Origin: Octopus sinensis
Taxonomy: Eukaryota
Length of the DNA stretch: 64,000 nt
Reading direction: 5' to 3'
Assembly (NCBI RefSeq): GCF_006345805.1
Contig: NC_043004.1
Span: 87,296,001-87,360,000 of the forward strand
The notes under the pieces: generated by a model
The model's input: only the letters and a program-made list of their open reading frames with translations
Databases searched by the model: none
What the model was told of the DNA's origin: nothing
In this document: positions 62,939-64,000 of the stretch, in pieces
How positions within the stretch are numbered: position 1 is the stretch's first letter
How the letters are laid out: every line of letters begins with the position of its first letter
Translations under genes and position numbers: made by a program

Positions 62939-64000
62939 TATATATATACACACACACACACATGATCAACCCATGCCTCCATGGAACATATATGTACGAT
63001 GATGATGGTTACAGACTAGATTCAAACTAGGAACCATTGGTATAGATTCAAAGCTTGCAATGTTAGGAGGAAAAAATGCCAAGCCACTTTATCTTATGCC
63101 AGTAAGCAAAATAACACTGAAATGCTAGCAAAATTATGAGTCAGTTATACACCTCTTAGAGAACACATAAATCAAAACTGCTAGTCAAAGCAGAAAATTA
63201 ACAAAATGCTGAGAAATAAAATGTTCTCTGTTCAAATTAAGTTTGGACAATGTACACATTCAAGTATAAGACAGATGATGACCACTGGAGGTTGAACTGA
63301 TTCAAATGTAATGTAGATAAAAATACTGTAAATATATATATATATATATTCTCTAAAGATGAGATTAATGGCCTGAACAACTGGGTGTACATGAAGTGAG
63401 TGAAATAGAGAGAGATAGAGGGAGAAAAAAGGTTCTGTGTGTGTTGAAAATTCTTGTGGTAATAACATTTTGGTTTTGTAATTGACATATTTTCAAATTT
63501 TTGAAAGCAATTTGTTTTTAAGTAGGATTTTTTTTTACTGAAATATATTAAAAACATCTATATATATATATAAAAGGTAATTTTTTATCAACATTGTGAT
63601 TACCAACCAAAATCAATACTAAGTGAACTAATAGCTGTTTTAATTCATCACTGGACTTAGGTACAGCTTTCTCTCACTTTCTCACACCAAGCTAGGAACC
63701 CTGAAAAAGGATTGTGGATGCTGCCTTTTCAACTCTGACTAAGCAATTATAAAATAACAGTGTAACTGGTATAAATATCACTTCATAAGAAATCAACTGA
63801 TTGAAAACAATGATTACACAAATATAAATTTAATTCATACATCTCTTAACCATTAACGAGCACTTAATTTATTACACTGAAAAATGTAAATATCAATTTC
63901 ATGGCAGAACAGCACACATACTAATATCTTATGAACAACATGAAATGTAATCCTTACAATCAGAGACATTATCTATAAACTCATAATTTCACTATTGTGT

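Overview
AT-rich, intron-rich animal genomic DNA. The tRNA-derived SINE families look like those I recognise from octopus, so this is probably Octopus sp. (inference). I reconstructed four spliced protein-coding genes by hand with GT-AG boundaries and consistent phases: the 3' part of HYI (+, 4 exons, stop 7735), complete VPS28 (-, 9 exons, 223 aa), complete CIB1-like EF-hand gene (+, 7 exons, 193 aa) and the 3' part of SRSF11 (-, 6 exons, stop 53400). They form two convergent pairs (HYI/VPS28 and CIB1/SRSF11), with VPS28 and CIB1 divergent. The rest is mostly mobile-element debris: several SINE families, RTE, CR1-like and RLE-type LINE relics, Tigger/pogo, mariner, piggyBac and hAT-like DNA transposons and MITEs, and microsatellites. 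Nearly all entries of the supplied ORF track are spurious or transposon-derived. I found no tRNA, rRNA or CRISPR loci and no clear new multi-gene system. The best leads are RNA-level: both CIB1 EF-hand loops lack the canonical Gly6 at codons that A-to-I editing could convert back to Gly; a SINE foldback, symmetric RS exons and candidate poison exons in SRSF11; a triplicated two-way polyadenylation cassette between CIB1 and SRSF11; a fully paired 38-bp intronic hairpin in HYI; an RTE 3' end resembling flatworm elements; and an inverted duplication of a hAT element end.
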